Shown: in pieces, positions 15,569-23,198 of the stretch
How the letters are laid out: the number at the start of each line of letters is the position of its first letter
Position numbering within the stretch: position 1 is the first letter of the stretch
DNA from: Alphaproteobacteria bacterium
Lineage (GTDB): Bacteria; Pseudomonadota; Alphaproteobacteria; Rs-D84
Assembly: GCA_024402835.1 (NCBI GenBank)
Contig: JAKSSZ010000001.1
Span: 1 to 30,086, forward strand
DNA length: 30,086 nucleotides
Direction: 5' to 3'
Position numbers and translations under genes: made by a program
Notes under the pieces: generated by a model
Databases searched by the model: none
Told to the model about the DNA's origin: nothing
The model's input: the letters and a program-made list of their open reading frames with translations, nothing else

Positions 15569-15845
15569 GATAATAGAATCCTTTCATTTACAAAAAACTT
15601 AGCCCAAAATAAGGGATAAAGTCAAGAGAACAATACTGCTTCACTTTGAACTTTGACAGATCGTTTACAAATGGGTATGGCCTCATGGAGATAGGGTTGC
15701 TTTTTCCCGGTGGTTTTGCAACCAAAATTGAAAAAAATCCAAATTTATACCACACTGGAAATTTACAACATCTAAAACAGTACAACAATTGGACACTATT
15801 GTCGAAAGTCGCATAAATTCGCCGCTTTTCGTTGTGTATATTAAC

Positions 15846-15874
15846 TTGACAGTAGATGAATGTTCTTTTATAAC
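15846..15874 (+). promoter_or_regulatory. Strong sigma70 promoter of the 59-aa gene
   Basis: TTGACA-17 bp-TATAAC. Confidence 0.7.
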
Positions 15875-15928
15875 ATCTTTGTAATAAAAATAGATATTTG
15901 GGCGTTTGTATAAACTAAAGGATGAAGC

Positions 15929-16108
15929 ATGGCAATAAAATTTGAATGGAGCGGATCGGATGTGCTTATAAAAACAATTACAGGCAACCAACTATATACA
16001 ATCAGACAAGCCCGCGATGCATACCATGATGGATCTGATATTGTGGTCATTTCTAGTACTATGAGCCAAATTAGGTTTACAAAAGACGGAATAAGAAAAT
16101 TTGAATAA
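15929..16108 (+). CDS. Small hypothetical protein (59 aa, MAIKFEWSGSDVLIKT...DGIRKFE), absent from the ORF track
   Basis: Hand translation; SD AAAGGA; consensus promoter upstream; aligns with 18061..18255. Confidence 0.75.
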   Translation: MAIKFEWSGSDVLIKTITGNQLYTIRQARDAYHDGSDIVVISSTMSQIRFTKDGIRKFE

Positions 16109-16129
16109 TCAAAATTGACCAAGCAAGAA

Positions 16130-16792
16130 TCAGATTACAGGATTATTTTTAGAAACATTACCCATTAATAAATCTACTAATTGCAAATCATCTTGGGTCA
16201 TCTGCGTTTCACTTGCTCCTGCGTTTATACATTTCCAATAATCCTTGGCTAATTTATATGCTAAATCTTTTATTTGCTGAAAATTTATATCTCTTAGTCC
16301 TAACACATGTTCTCTAATATCTAATGATATCTTTAAACACCCTTGAATAACAAACATAAAATCTTTGCAATAACATTTTGGTTCATCAACATTGTCATAG
16401 ATATTATGGCATAAAACATCTCTCATATTTTTCAGCCTAATTGAATATTCTGATGCAAATAGTTCCTGTAACCTGTCTGTAAAAATGTGTTTTATTATGT
16501 CTCTGTCATTCTTGTTATCACAAAATTCTGGATGATTCATTATTTTACTAATAGAAAACATTGTTATTTTATCACCATGCGCTGGTTCTATAAGTTTTTT
16601 TGTAGCAATAATTAAGCGCTCTCTAATAGAATAAAACGTATACCTAAACACAAAACAATCTTGACGTGTACTCAATTCGCTATTATAAGAAGTTAGATAA
16701 ATATAACTGTCAATATATGCACTTGTTGCTTTCTCAAACAGATTTGAAACTAGGACCTTTAACTTTTCTTTATTTTTCGGTTTTAACTCCAT
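16130..16792 (-). CDS. HEPN-like (AbiU2-type) putative RNase
   Basis: All-helical pattern with an R-x4-H motif LKNMRDVLCHN; SD AGGA; 16 nt downstream of fic. Confidence 0.6.
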   Translation of the reverse strand: MELKPKNKEKLKVLVSNLFEKATSAYIDSYIYLTSYNSELSTRQDCFVFRYTFYSIRERLIIATKKLIEPAHGDKITMFSISKIMNHPEFCDNKNDRDIIKHIFTDRLQELFASEYSIRLKNMRDVLCHNIYDNVDEPKCYCKDFMFVIQGCLKISLDIREHVLGLRDINFQQIKDLAYKLAKDYWKCINAGASETQMTQDDLQLVDLLMGNVSKNNPVI

Positions 16793-16808
16793 AATACTTT
16801 ATCCTATA

Positions 16809-17867
16809 CTATTTATTCAAAATGTAAAACACACCCTTGGTGGAACCTTGTTTTTTTAAGTAACCCTTTTTTACCAGGACTTGGACCGCCTTACGGACTG
16901 TTTCTGGGTTCTTGCCGGTGGCTGTCACAATCTCTGGCATGGCCATTTCTGGTTTATTGGCAAACAACCCCAAAATCATCATATGGGTTGCAGATAGTTT
17001 GTCACTTCCTGCTTTTTTCAGTTTCTTGATCTTGTCTTCCAAATGTCTTTTCTGTTTTACCAACGATGAGATAAAGAATGTCAGCCACGGTTCGTAATTC
17101 ACATTGTCCTTCCAGATGGTTTTCTGGGTTCCACGTAATGCACGATAATATGCGTCTTTACTGGCCTCTATAATCGACTCCATCGACGCGTATGGCATAT
17201 AACCATAACCGCTTTTTAGCAAAAGCATCACAGTCAAAGCACGTGACATTCTACCATTACCATCTGTAAACGGGTGGATTGATAAAAAGTGCACTACAAA
17301 TACGCCTATTGTGATAATAGGATGAAAATATTTATCTTCCAGAGTGTTATTGGTCCATTTAATTGTCTCTTCCATCAGGCGTGGCGTATCAAATGGTGTT
17401 GCCGTTTCAAAGATAGAACCAATTTCATTACCACCTGCATCAAAAGCAGCCACACGATTGGAGTCTTTCTTATATTCGCCACGGTGACGTTCATCCTTGT
17501 CAGAATACGCCAATAAAGTTTTGTGCAACTGTTTGATATAGTTTTCCGTCAGAGGAATGTCTTTGTAATTGTCGAAAATTGTGGTCAACAGGTCAGAATA
17601 ACCGGCAACTTCCTGTTCATCACGGGTTGTAAATGATTTTTTATCAATGTGACTAAACAGTGCCTCAATCTGTTCATCGGTCATCTTGTTTCCCTCTATA
17701 CGGTTAGACGACCCAACAGATTCAATTGTTGCGATACGCTTCATAACCTTCAATTCATCCGGGGAAGGACGATCAACCCCACCGGACCACAGGCTGTTGA
17801 ACTTATCAATTTCGGAAATCCCATTGAGCATTTCTGCTGTAATAACTATGTCACGATTGCTTATCAT
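16809..17867 (-). CDS. fic: Fic family AMP-transferase with N-terminal inhibitory motif and C-terminal winged helix
   Basis: Canonical HPFTDGNGRMSR; SNRIEGN matches (S/T)xxxE(G/N); C-terminal wHTH PETVRKAVQVLVKKGYL; SD AGAGG. Confidence 0.93.
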   Translation of the reverse strand: MISNRDIVITAEMLNGISEIDKFNSLWSGGVDRPSPDELKVMKRIATIESVGSSNRIEGNKMTDEQIEALFSHIDKKSFTTRDEQEVAGYSDLLTTIFDNYKDIPLTENYIKQLHKTLLAYSDKDERHRGEYKKDSNRVAAFDAGGNEIGSIFETATPFDTPRLMEETIKWTNNTLEDKYFHPIITIGVFVVHFLSIHPFTDGNGRMSRALTVMLLLKSGYGYMPYASMESIIEASKDAYYRALRGTQKTIWKDNVNYEPWLTFFISSLVKQKRHLEDKIKKLKKAGSDKLSATHMMILGLFANKPEMAMPEIVTATGKNPETVRKAVQVLVKKGYLKKQGSTKGVFYILNK

Positions 17868-17886
17868 GTATTTACCTCTATATTTT

Positions 17887-17974
17887 TACCAAATATTACC
17901 AGAAAAAACCAAAAAGTCAAGAAAACCTACCAAATATTCCCAGATATTACCAAATAAAGGCGTTTTATACCAGA
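17887..17974. repeat. Seven TACCA(A/G)A-like direct repeats with ~10-bp phasing over the fic promoter
   Basis: Copies at 17887, 17897, 17907, 17928, 17938, 17948 and 17968. Confidence 0.75.
17893..17920 (-). promoter_or_regulatory. Putative sigma70 promoter of the fic-HEPN operon
   Basis: Minus strand TTGACT-16 bp-TAATAT with extended -10 TG. Confidence 0.5.
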
Positions 17975-18015
17975 AAAACATTACTACATTGCGACTCTCC
18001 CAGCGCACAGAATTA

Positions 18016-18044
18016 TTGATTTGCACAGTTCTATTATATATAAA
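18016..18044 (+). promoter_or_regulatory. Putative sigma70 promoter of the 64-aa gene
   Basis: TTGATT-17 bp-TATAAA. Confidence 0.5.
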
Positions 18045-18060
18045 TTACAAAGGATCAATT

Positions 18061-18255
18061 ATGCAAAAACAAAATTCATACGACATGCATTATAGACTCA
18101 GATACGATACAGTAGAAATTACAACTCCAAGAAAAAAAGACAAATTATACTTCCCTAATTCTCGTTCAGCTAAACACACAAAATTTGGAATAGAAATTGA
18201 ACCCATCTCAGGCACTAAGTATACAGTTGATGAATGGGGAATTCGGCATTGGTAA
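18061..18255 (+). CDS. Small hypothetical protein (64 aa, MQKQNSYD...WGIRHW)
   Basis: Real start at 18061 inside ORF 17686..18255; SD AAAGGA; paralog-like match to 15929..16108. Confidence 0.7.
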   Translation: MQKQNSYDMHYRLRYDTVEITTPRKKDKLYFPNSRSAKHTKFGIEIEPISGTKYTVDEWGIRHW

Positions 18256-18430
18256 AGTTTCTGGTCGCACATCAAAGTTCATATTCTGATATTTTTTATT
18301 GTTTTTTTAGAGTGTTTATGATAGTATCCACTTTGAGGCAACAAAAAGAATAAAACGAGTAATGAACAGATGCGGCAACCTCAAGCATTCTGGGCATTCT
18401 AAGCAATCTGAATCTATAAGCTATCTGTTT

Positions 18431-18448
18431 TCCAGTTGCCCGAGCCAC
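18431..18448 (+). repeat. att core: 18-bp copy of the tRNA-Asn 3' end, junction between elements 2 and 3
   Basis: TCCAGTTGCCCGAGCCAC, identical to 4690-4707. Confidence 0.9.
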
Positions 18449-18457
18449 GAATTCCAA

Positions 18458-18485
18458 GGGATTCAGCAGAATCCCTTTTCTTTTT
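18458..18485 (+). terminator. Rho-independent terminator after the second att core
   Basis: GGGATTC-AGCA-GAATCCC followed by TTTTCTTTTT; stem homologous to 4717-4734. Confidence 0.85.
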
Positions 18486-18494
18486 ACTTTGGTG

Positions 18495-18514
18495 TTTGCT
18501 ACCTATTTGCTACC
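18495..18514. repeat. TTTGCTACC x2 at 11-bp spacing, putative integrase arm-type sites
   Basis: Same position and spacing relative to the core as 4751-4773. Confidence 0.65.
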
Positions 18515-18599
18515 AAAAACAACTATTTTTGTTATGTAAAAGTCTTGAATATTGAGTACTATCTAGTATGATACAAGCTAAGGAAAACAAAGGATTTGC

Positions 18600-19433
18600 A
18601 TGTTCGATATAGAAATTTTAGATACTTGTACATTACAACAAGCTTGCGAATGGATCGCTTTTGGTTGGGAACCAATGCCACCAAAATACAAGGCGTACTG
18701 CAACCATATAAGACCACACAACCCAAACGATATATTGTCACTAGATTCTTTTTTTGAAACCCCACCAGAACCCACATATAAATGGGATAAATATAGTGGC
18801 GACATGCACCGTGCATGTTCCAAACTAACTATAGCATTGTTACAAAAAGAGATTATAGCGTACGGTAATCAAAAAGCTTATAAAAAGTATTTTCCTTCAG
18901 CAGAAAAACAAGCAATTAATTTTGGAAACGACGATGTATTGGATTATCAACACAATCAAATAAAAGTGGAACTTTTAGGGAAAATCAGCCCAAACGATTT
19001 ATTAATTGAAGAAAATATAGAAATAAATTTCAACCAACTAAAGAGAGTTTTCCCACACGAAGGACAAGAGCAATCTCGTAAAACATTCAAATTAACATAT
19101 GAAGAAGATGATTCTGTATATTTATACACAGGAAACCTACAAAAAACTCTTATAAAAAAGTTTGCTAAGAACGACAATAAAAGCAAAGAAGTCATAAAAT
19201 ACATCATGCAGCACCCTAGCAAACTCATAACTCGTGACGAGATAATACAATGCGGCATCAAAGGGTTTGATAAGGCAGATCGTATTGACAATATATTAAA
19301 AAATGCGTTTGCCAACTTGAATATTTATAAATGTTTTTTCAAAAACCCAAAAACAGCAAGTGTAGAATTTGTAGAACAAATAACAACTTTAGATATTGAT
19401 TCGGCCGAAATAGATATGATTGTTATTAAATAA
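18600..19433 (+). CDS. Hypothetical protein with possible C-terminal winged helix (277 aa)
   Basis: TLQQACEWIAFG N-terminus as in island-end hypotheticals; KEVIKYIMQHPSKLITRDEII is wHTH-like; SD AAAGGA. Confidence 0.7.
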   Translation: MFDIEILDTCTLQQACEWIAFGWEPMPPKYKAYCNHIRPHNPNDILSLDSFFETPPEPTYKWDKYSGDMHRACSKLTIALLQKEIIAYGNQKAYKKYFPSAEKQAINFGNDDVLDYQHNQIKVELLGKISPNDLLIEENIEINFNQLKRVFPHEGQEQSRKTFKLTYEEDDSVYLYTGNLQKTLIKKFAKNDNKSKEVIKYIMQHPSKLITRDEIIQCGIKGFDKADRIDNILKNAFANLNIYKCFFKNPKTASVEFVEQITTLDIDSAEIDMIVIK

Positions 19434-19627
19434 AACGTGTAGAAAATACTATTCTACCCTACATTTATGTATATGAAATCACTCACAACACGTCTTTATG
19501 GTGTGTTTTTTGTATATAAAAACGATCACACCCAGTTATTCCGTGATTTGTGAAGCTTTTTGATCCCCACGTTGTTATTGTGATTATGAAAGTTAAACAG
19601 CACGTTTAACCATTAATCACAATACAG

Positions 19628-19834
19628 ATGGAGCAAGCTATGATAAGTACAAAAATATTGATGACGCAAAAAGAAGCCGCAGAGTATTTAGGTACAACTG
19701 TTGGCACATTGAACACCTGGAGACATTACGGCAAGGACAATATCCCCTTTGTACGCTGGGGAAATCGTATTCGTTACCGGAAAGAAGACCTGGATACGTG
19801 GATTATGAACCAGATCGTACACCCCAACAACTAA
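19628..19834 (+). CDS. Excisionase-like HTH_17 DNA-binding protein
   Basis: LMTQKEAAEYLG..TLNTWR..IPFVRWGNRIRYRKEDLDTWI. Confidence 0.88.
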   Translation: MEQAMISTKILMTQKEAAEYLGTTVGTLNTWRHYGKDNIPFVRWGNRIRYRKEDLDTWIMNQIVHPNN

Positions 19835-19895
19835 TAAAATATTTCCACAAAAATCAATCCATATACGCACGTGCGCAAAACAAAGGAAGTAAAAC

Positions 19896-20540
19896 ATGAA
19901 AGAAGAAAGAGATTTATATCAAAAATACGCAGATATGATGGCCGAAGAAAACGGCGATTATTACAACACAGAAGCCTTTGCTAAACATTTAGCAAATAGC
20001 CCAGTTTGGGAAACAGTTGATAAATTAGCGGGATACGAAGAAAAACTATTACAACGTGCTTTACAAGAAATAAAAACGAAAAAAGAGTGGCAAGATTTAG
20101 AGGCAGAAGACATGAGGCCAAAAGCTATTGGCGTTAGACCGCACACATCGGCTTTCGAATTACTTGACCGCTACAAAAACAGGATCCAGCGCACTTACAG
20201 AGTTGAAGAATGGTTTCTAAAAAAAATTGCTGAATGTGATAAAATAATTGCAGAAACAAATACATGGCGAACCAACAGCAAAAGGAAAGCCAATAAATTG
20301 AAACATTGGCGTGGTGAACGAGTCGAGTTTTATAGAAAATACAGATATCATATTGATCAAAGCAACAGATATGAACGATTAATCTACAAATGGGCCAGTA
20401 TTTGCGAGCTGATTAAACAAGCCGATACTGCTAAAGAGATTGAGGCAGAAAAACAAGGTGTCGGAAACAAATATGGCTATAACCCATTTATGCAATCCCG
20501 CGAAACCGCCACTGATGTATTCACAGATGACGAGGATTAA
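19896..20540 (+). CDS. Hypothetical helical/charged protein (214 aa)
   Basis: SD AAAGGA; 2 nt before the recombinase start. Confidence 0.65.
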   Translation: MKEERDLYQKYADMMAEENGDYYNTEAFAKHLANSPVWETVDKLAGYEEKLLQRALQEIKTKKEWQDLEAEDMRPKAIGVRPHTSAFELLDRYKNRIQRTYRVEEWFLKKIAECDKIIAETNTWRTNSKRKANKLKHWRGERVEFYRKYRYHIDQSNRYERLIYKWASICELIKQADTAKEIEAEKQGVGNKYGYNPFMQSRETATDVFTDDED

Positions 20541-20542
20541 AT

Positions 20543-21139
20543 ATGACAGTATATGCCTATTTAAGGGTCAGTACAGATGCCCAAGATACAGAGAACCAGC
20601 GCATTGGCGTGAACAACAAAGCCCTTGCGCTGGGCATCGCCATAGACAAATACATTATTGACGACGGAGTATCTGGTACCAAGGAACCAGAAAAACGTGC
20701 GTTGGGCGGGATATTGCGCAAATTAAAAGCTGGCGACATCATCATTTGCAGCGAAATATCCCGTCTTGGACGTAAATTGTTCATGATAATGGAAATACTA
20801 CAAAAATGTATGAATTGCGGAGCAAAATTATACACAGTAAAAGATAATTACGAACTGGGGGACAACATCCAATCAAAATGCCTTGCTTTCGCTTTTGGGC
20901 TATCTGCCGAAATTGAACGAGATTTAATCAGCCAGCGCACAAAAGAAGCCATGGCACGTCGTAGAGCTTGCGGTTTACATACAGGTAGAAAGCCCGGAGC
21001 AAAGAACTTTCACCGTAAATTAGATGGCAAAGCACCAATTATTCAAAAACTATTATCCGATGGCATTTCTCGTAGGCAAATAGCTAAAAAATTAAAGGTT
21101 GCTCCCACGACTATCAATACTTTTGTTAATAACCTTTAA
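20543..21139 (+). CDS. Small serine recombinase (resolvase/invertase family) with C-terminal HTH
   Basis: YAYLRVSTDAQ (catalytic Ser), DDGVSG, SRLGR, ERDLISQRTKEAM..GR.PG, HTH SRRQIAKKLKV. Confidence 0.93.
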   Translation: MTVYAYLRVSTDAQDTENQRIGVNNKALALGIAIDKYIIDDGVSGTKEPEKRALGGILRKLKAGDIIICSEISRLGRKLFMIMEILQKCMNCGAKLYTVKDNYELGDNIQSKCLAFAFGLSAEIERDLISQRTKEAMARRRACGLHTGRKPGAKNFHRKLDGKAPIIQKLLSDGISRRQIAKKLKVAPTTINTFVNNL

Positions 21140-21199
21140 CCTTTTTTATCGAGGGGCAATATTGTTCAATCTACTTTGTTTTTTAGTGTTAAAATGGTC

Positions 21200-21228
21200 T
21201 TGATATTATAGGATAAAATGTGTATATT
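21200..21228 (+). promoter_or_regulatory. Putative sigma70 promoter of the mod-res operon
   Basis: TTGATA-17 bp-TATATT. Confidence 0.55.
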
Positions 21229-21278
21229 GTTGCCATAGAATTGAACTGTTTTAGGGCTGAACAAATAAGGGCACAACT

Positions 21279-23198
21279 ATGGCTAATTTATCTAAGATCA
21301 AACGTGACAGAATGATAGAATTTCTGGAACAACTAAAAAAGCAACATTCTGATGACGCATCTATTCGTGCCTTTAATGAGATAGAAAACCAATTAAGAGA
21401 TAAAAAATACGGGCTTGTTTGGGAAGAACATTCCGAACAAGTTGATGATACATTAAAAGAAAACATCCCCGTATTAGTGGCTGATGAAGAACGACGTTTG
21501 TGTAAAGATAAATCTTTGCTTTGGAATTTCATTATCGAAGGCGACAATTTGCAAGCATTATATCTACTAGAAAAAACCCATAAGGGCAAAATAGATTGTA
21601 TTTATATTGATCCACCATATAACACAGGTGCACGTGATTGGAAATATAATAACGACTATGTTGATGGTAATGATGTATATCGCCACAGTAAGTGGCTATC
21701 AATGATGAAAACACGCCTTACAATAGCAAAAGAATTATTAAATCCGGACAATTCTGTTCTCATATGTACAATTGATGAAAAAGAATATATGCATTTAGCA
21801 TGTTTGTTAGAAGAACTATTCCCAACCGCAAAAATGCAAATGGTTAGCAGTGTAATCAATGTAAAAGGAGTGGCTAGGGATAAAGAATTTGCAAGAGTTA
21901 ATGAATACGTATTTTTCATACAAGTGGGGGATGCTTCTGTAGAAAGACTAAATCTACCTTCTGAATGGTTAGGTAACGTCAAATCTTCTGGTCGTGACAA
22001 ATTGCGATTAGGTTCTTTATTAAGATCCGGCAGTAATAGCGAAAGAAGTCATTCTCCTGGATGTTTTTATCCATTATATTTTTCAAAAGACGGCAAATTC
22101 TCACACGCAGGAGAACCTCTTCCTTTAGGGGTATCTACTGACTCAGTCCAGATTCCAGAAGGACTAGTTGCCATATGGCCAATGCATAAAAATGGCTCTG
22201 AAGGGGTATGGCAATACTCCAAATCTGGTTTTGAAAAATTACTTAAAGACGGTTTCGTATTTTTTGGAAAGTTAAAAGATAATAAAATTGGCGTATCTTA
22301 CGCTCCAAAGGGGGTACAAGATAAAATCAAAAAAGGCGAATTCTTAATCAAAGGAACCAGAGAAGACGGTAGCGTAATCATTGATGATTCTGAATATGAA
22401 GCTTCATATATACCTGGCAACCAATGGTCAATTCCTTCACATAACGCCACAGAATATGGAACAAAATTAATACAAGACATCCTGCTTAGCAAACGATTTA
22501 CTTTTCCAAAATCACTATATGCTGTTCATGACGCAGTAAGATTCTTTGTGGCGAGCAAACCAAATGCTATCGTGTTAGATTTCTTCGCTGGTTCTGGCAC
22601 AACTGGCCATGCTGTTAATCTATTAAATGCCGAAGATAACGGTCATCGTACTTGGATTATGGTTACCAACAATGAAATATCAGAAGCAGAAGCCAAAGAA
22701 TTTGAACAACAAGGTATAAAAAAAGGCGATAAAGCGTGGGAAGAAAAAGGTATCGCCAAATATGTTACTTGGCCCAGGACTATATGTAGCATAAACGGCG
22801 TGGATGTTAATGGCAATGCACTAAAAGGCGATTACATTGGCAGCAACATACCTATGTCGGACGGCTTTAACGCCAATGTTAAATATCTAAAATGCGAATG
22901 GACACCAAGAAAACCTCAAGATTATCTGTTAAGTAATGCGCTGGGGTTACACATAAAAGAAATGATCGAATTACAATACGCCATTGAAATTGACAATGTA
23001 AAAAATGTACTGATACTGAATAAAGATGATTTCAAGAACATTGCAGATAACAAGGAAACTTTCGAACAGATTGAAAATGTCTGGGTTAACCAAAATATTA
23101 TCTTTAACTCGACGGAGTTAAAGATTCTTGAATCAAAAAAATACAAATACATCCCCAAAGAATTCTTTGGCCAGGAACTGCGGGAGGCAGCAGAATAA
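21279..23198 (+). CDS. mod: Type III R-M methyltransferase (Mod, beta class)
   Basis: IIEGDNL, IYIDPPYNTG (motif IV) before FTFPKS and VLDFFAGSGTTG (motif I); TAATG overlap with res. Confidence 0.93.
   Translation: MANLSKIKRDRMIEFLEQLKKQHSDDASIRAFNEIENQLRDKKYGLVWEEHSEQVDDTLKENIPVLVADEERRLCKDKSLLWNFIIEGDNLQALYLLEKTHKGKIDCIYIDPPYNTGARDWKYNNDYVDGNDVYRHSKWLSMMKTRLTIAKELLNPDNSVLICTIDEKEYMHLACLLEELFPTAKMQMVSSVINVKGVARDKEFARVNEYVFFIQVGDASVERLNLPSEWLGNVKSSGRDKLRLGSLLRSGSNSERSHSPGCFYPLYFSKDGKFSHAGEPLPLGVSTDSVQIPEGLVAIWPMHKNGSEGVWQYSKSGFEKLLKDGFVFFGKLKDNKIGVSYAPKGVQDKIKKGEFLIKGTREDGSVIIDDSEYEASYIPGNQWSIPSHNATEYGTKLIQDILLSKRFTFPKSLYAVHDAVRFFVASKPNAIVLDFFAGSGTTGHAVNLLNAEDNGHRTWIMVTNNEISEAEAKEFEQQGIKKGDKAWEEKGIAKYVTWPRTICSINGVDVNGNALKGDYIGSNIPMSDGFNANVKYLKCEWTPRKPQDYLLSNALGLHIKEMIELQYAIEIDNVKNVLILNKDDFKNIADNKETFEQIENVWVNQNIIFNSTELKILESKKYKYIPKEFFGQELREAAE

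Larger units (their letters stand above)
4707..18448. mobile_element. Integrative element 2 (~13.7 kb), integrase-less defence island or degenerate satellite
   Basis: Bounded by the 18-bp direct repeat TCCAGTTGCCCGAGCCAC (4690-4707 and 18431-18448); defence and TA cargo. Confidence 0.75.

Noticed and set aside
15588-15991. Minus-strand ORFs 15588..15788 and 15683..15991
   Set aside because: No SD or motif; the second overlaps the better supported + strand promoter and 59-aa gene
17686-18060. N-terminal part of ORF 17686..18255
   Set aside because: Antisense to fic and running across its promoter repeats; the SD and promoter support a start at 18061
21279-23198. Phase-variable simple sequence repeats in mod
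   Set aside because: No long homopolymer or short tandem tract seen in the gene or its promoter
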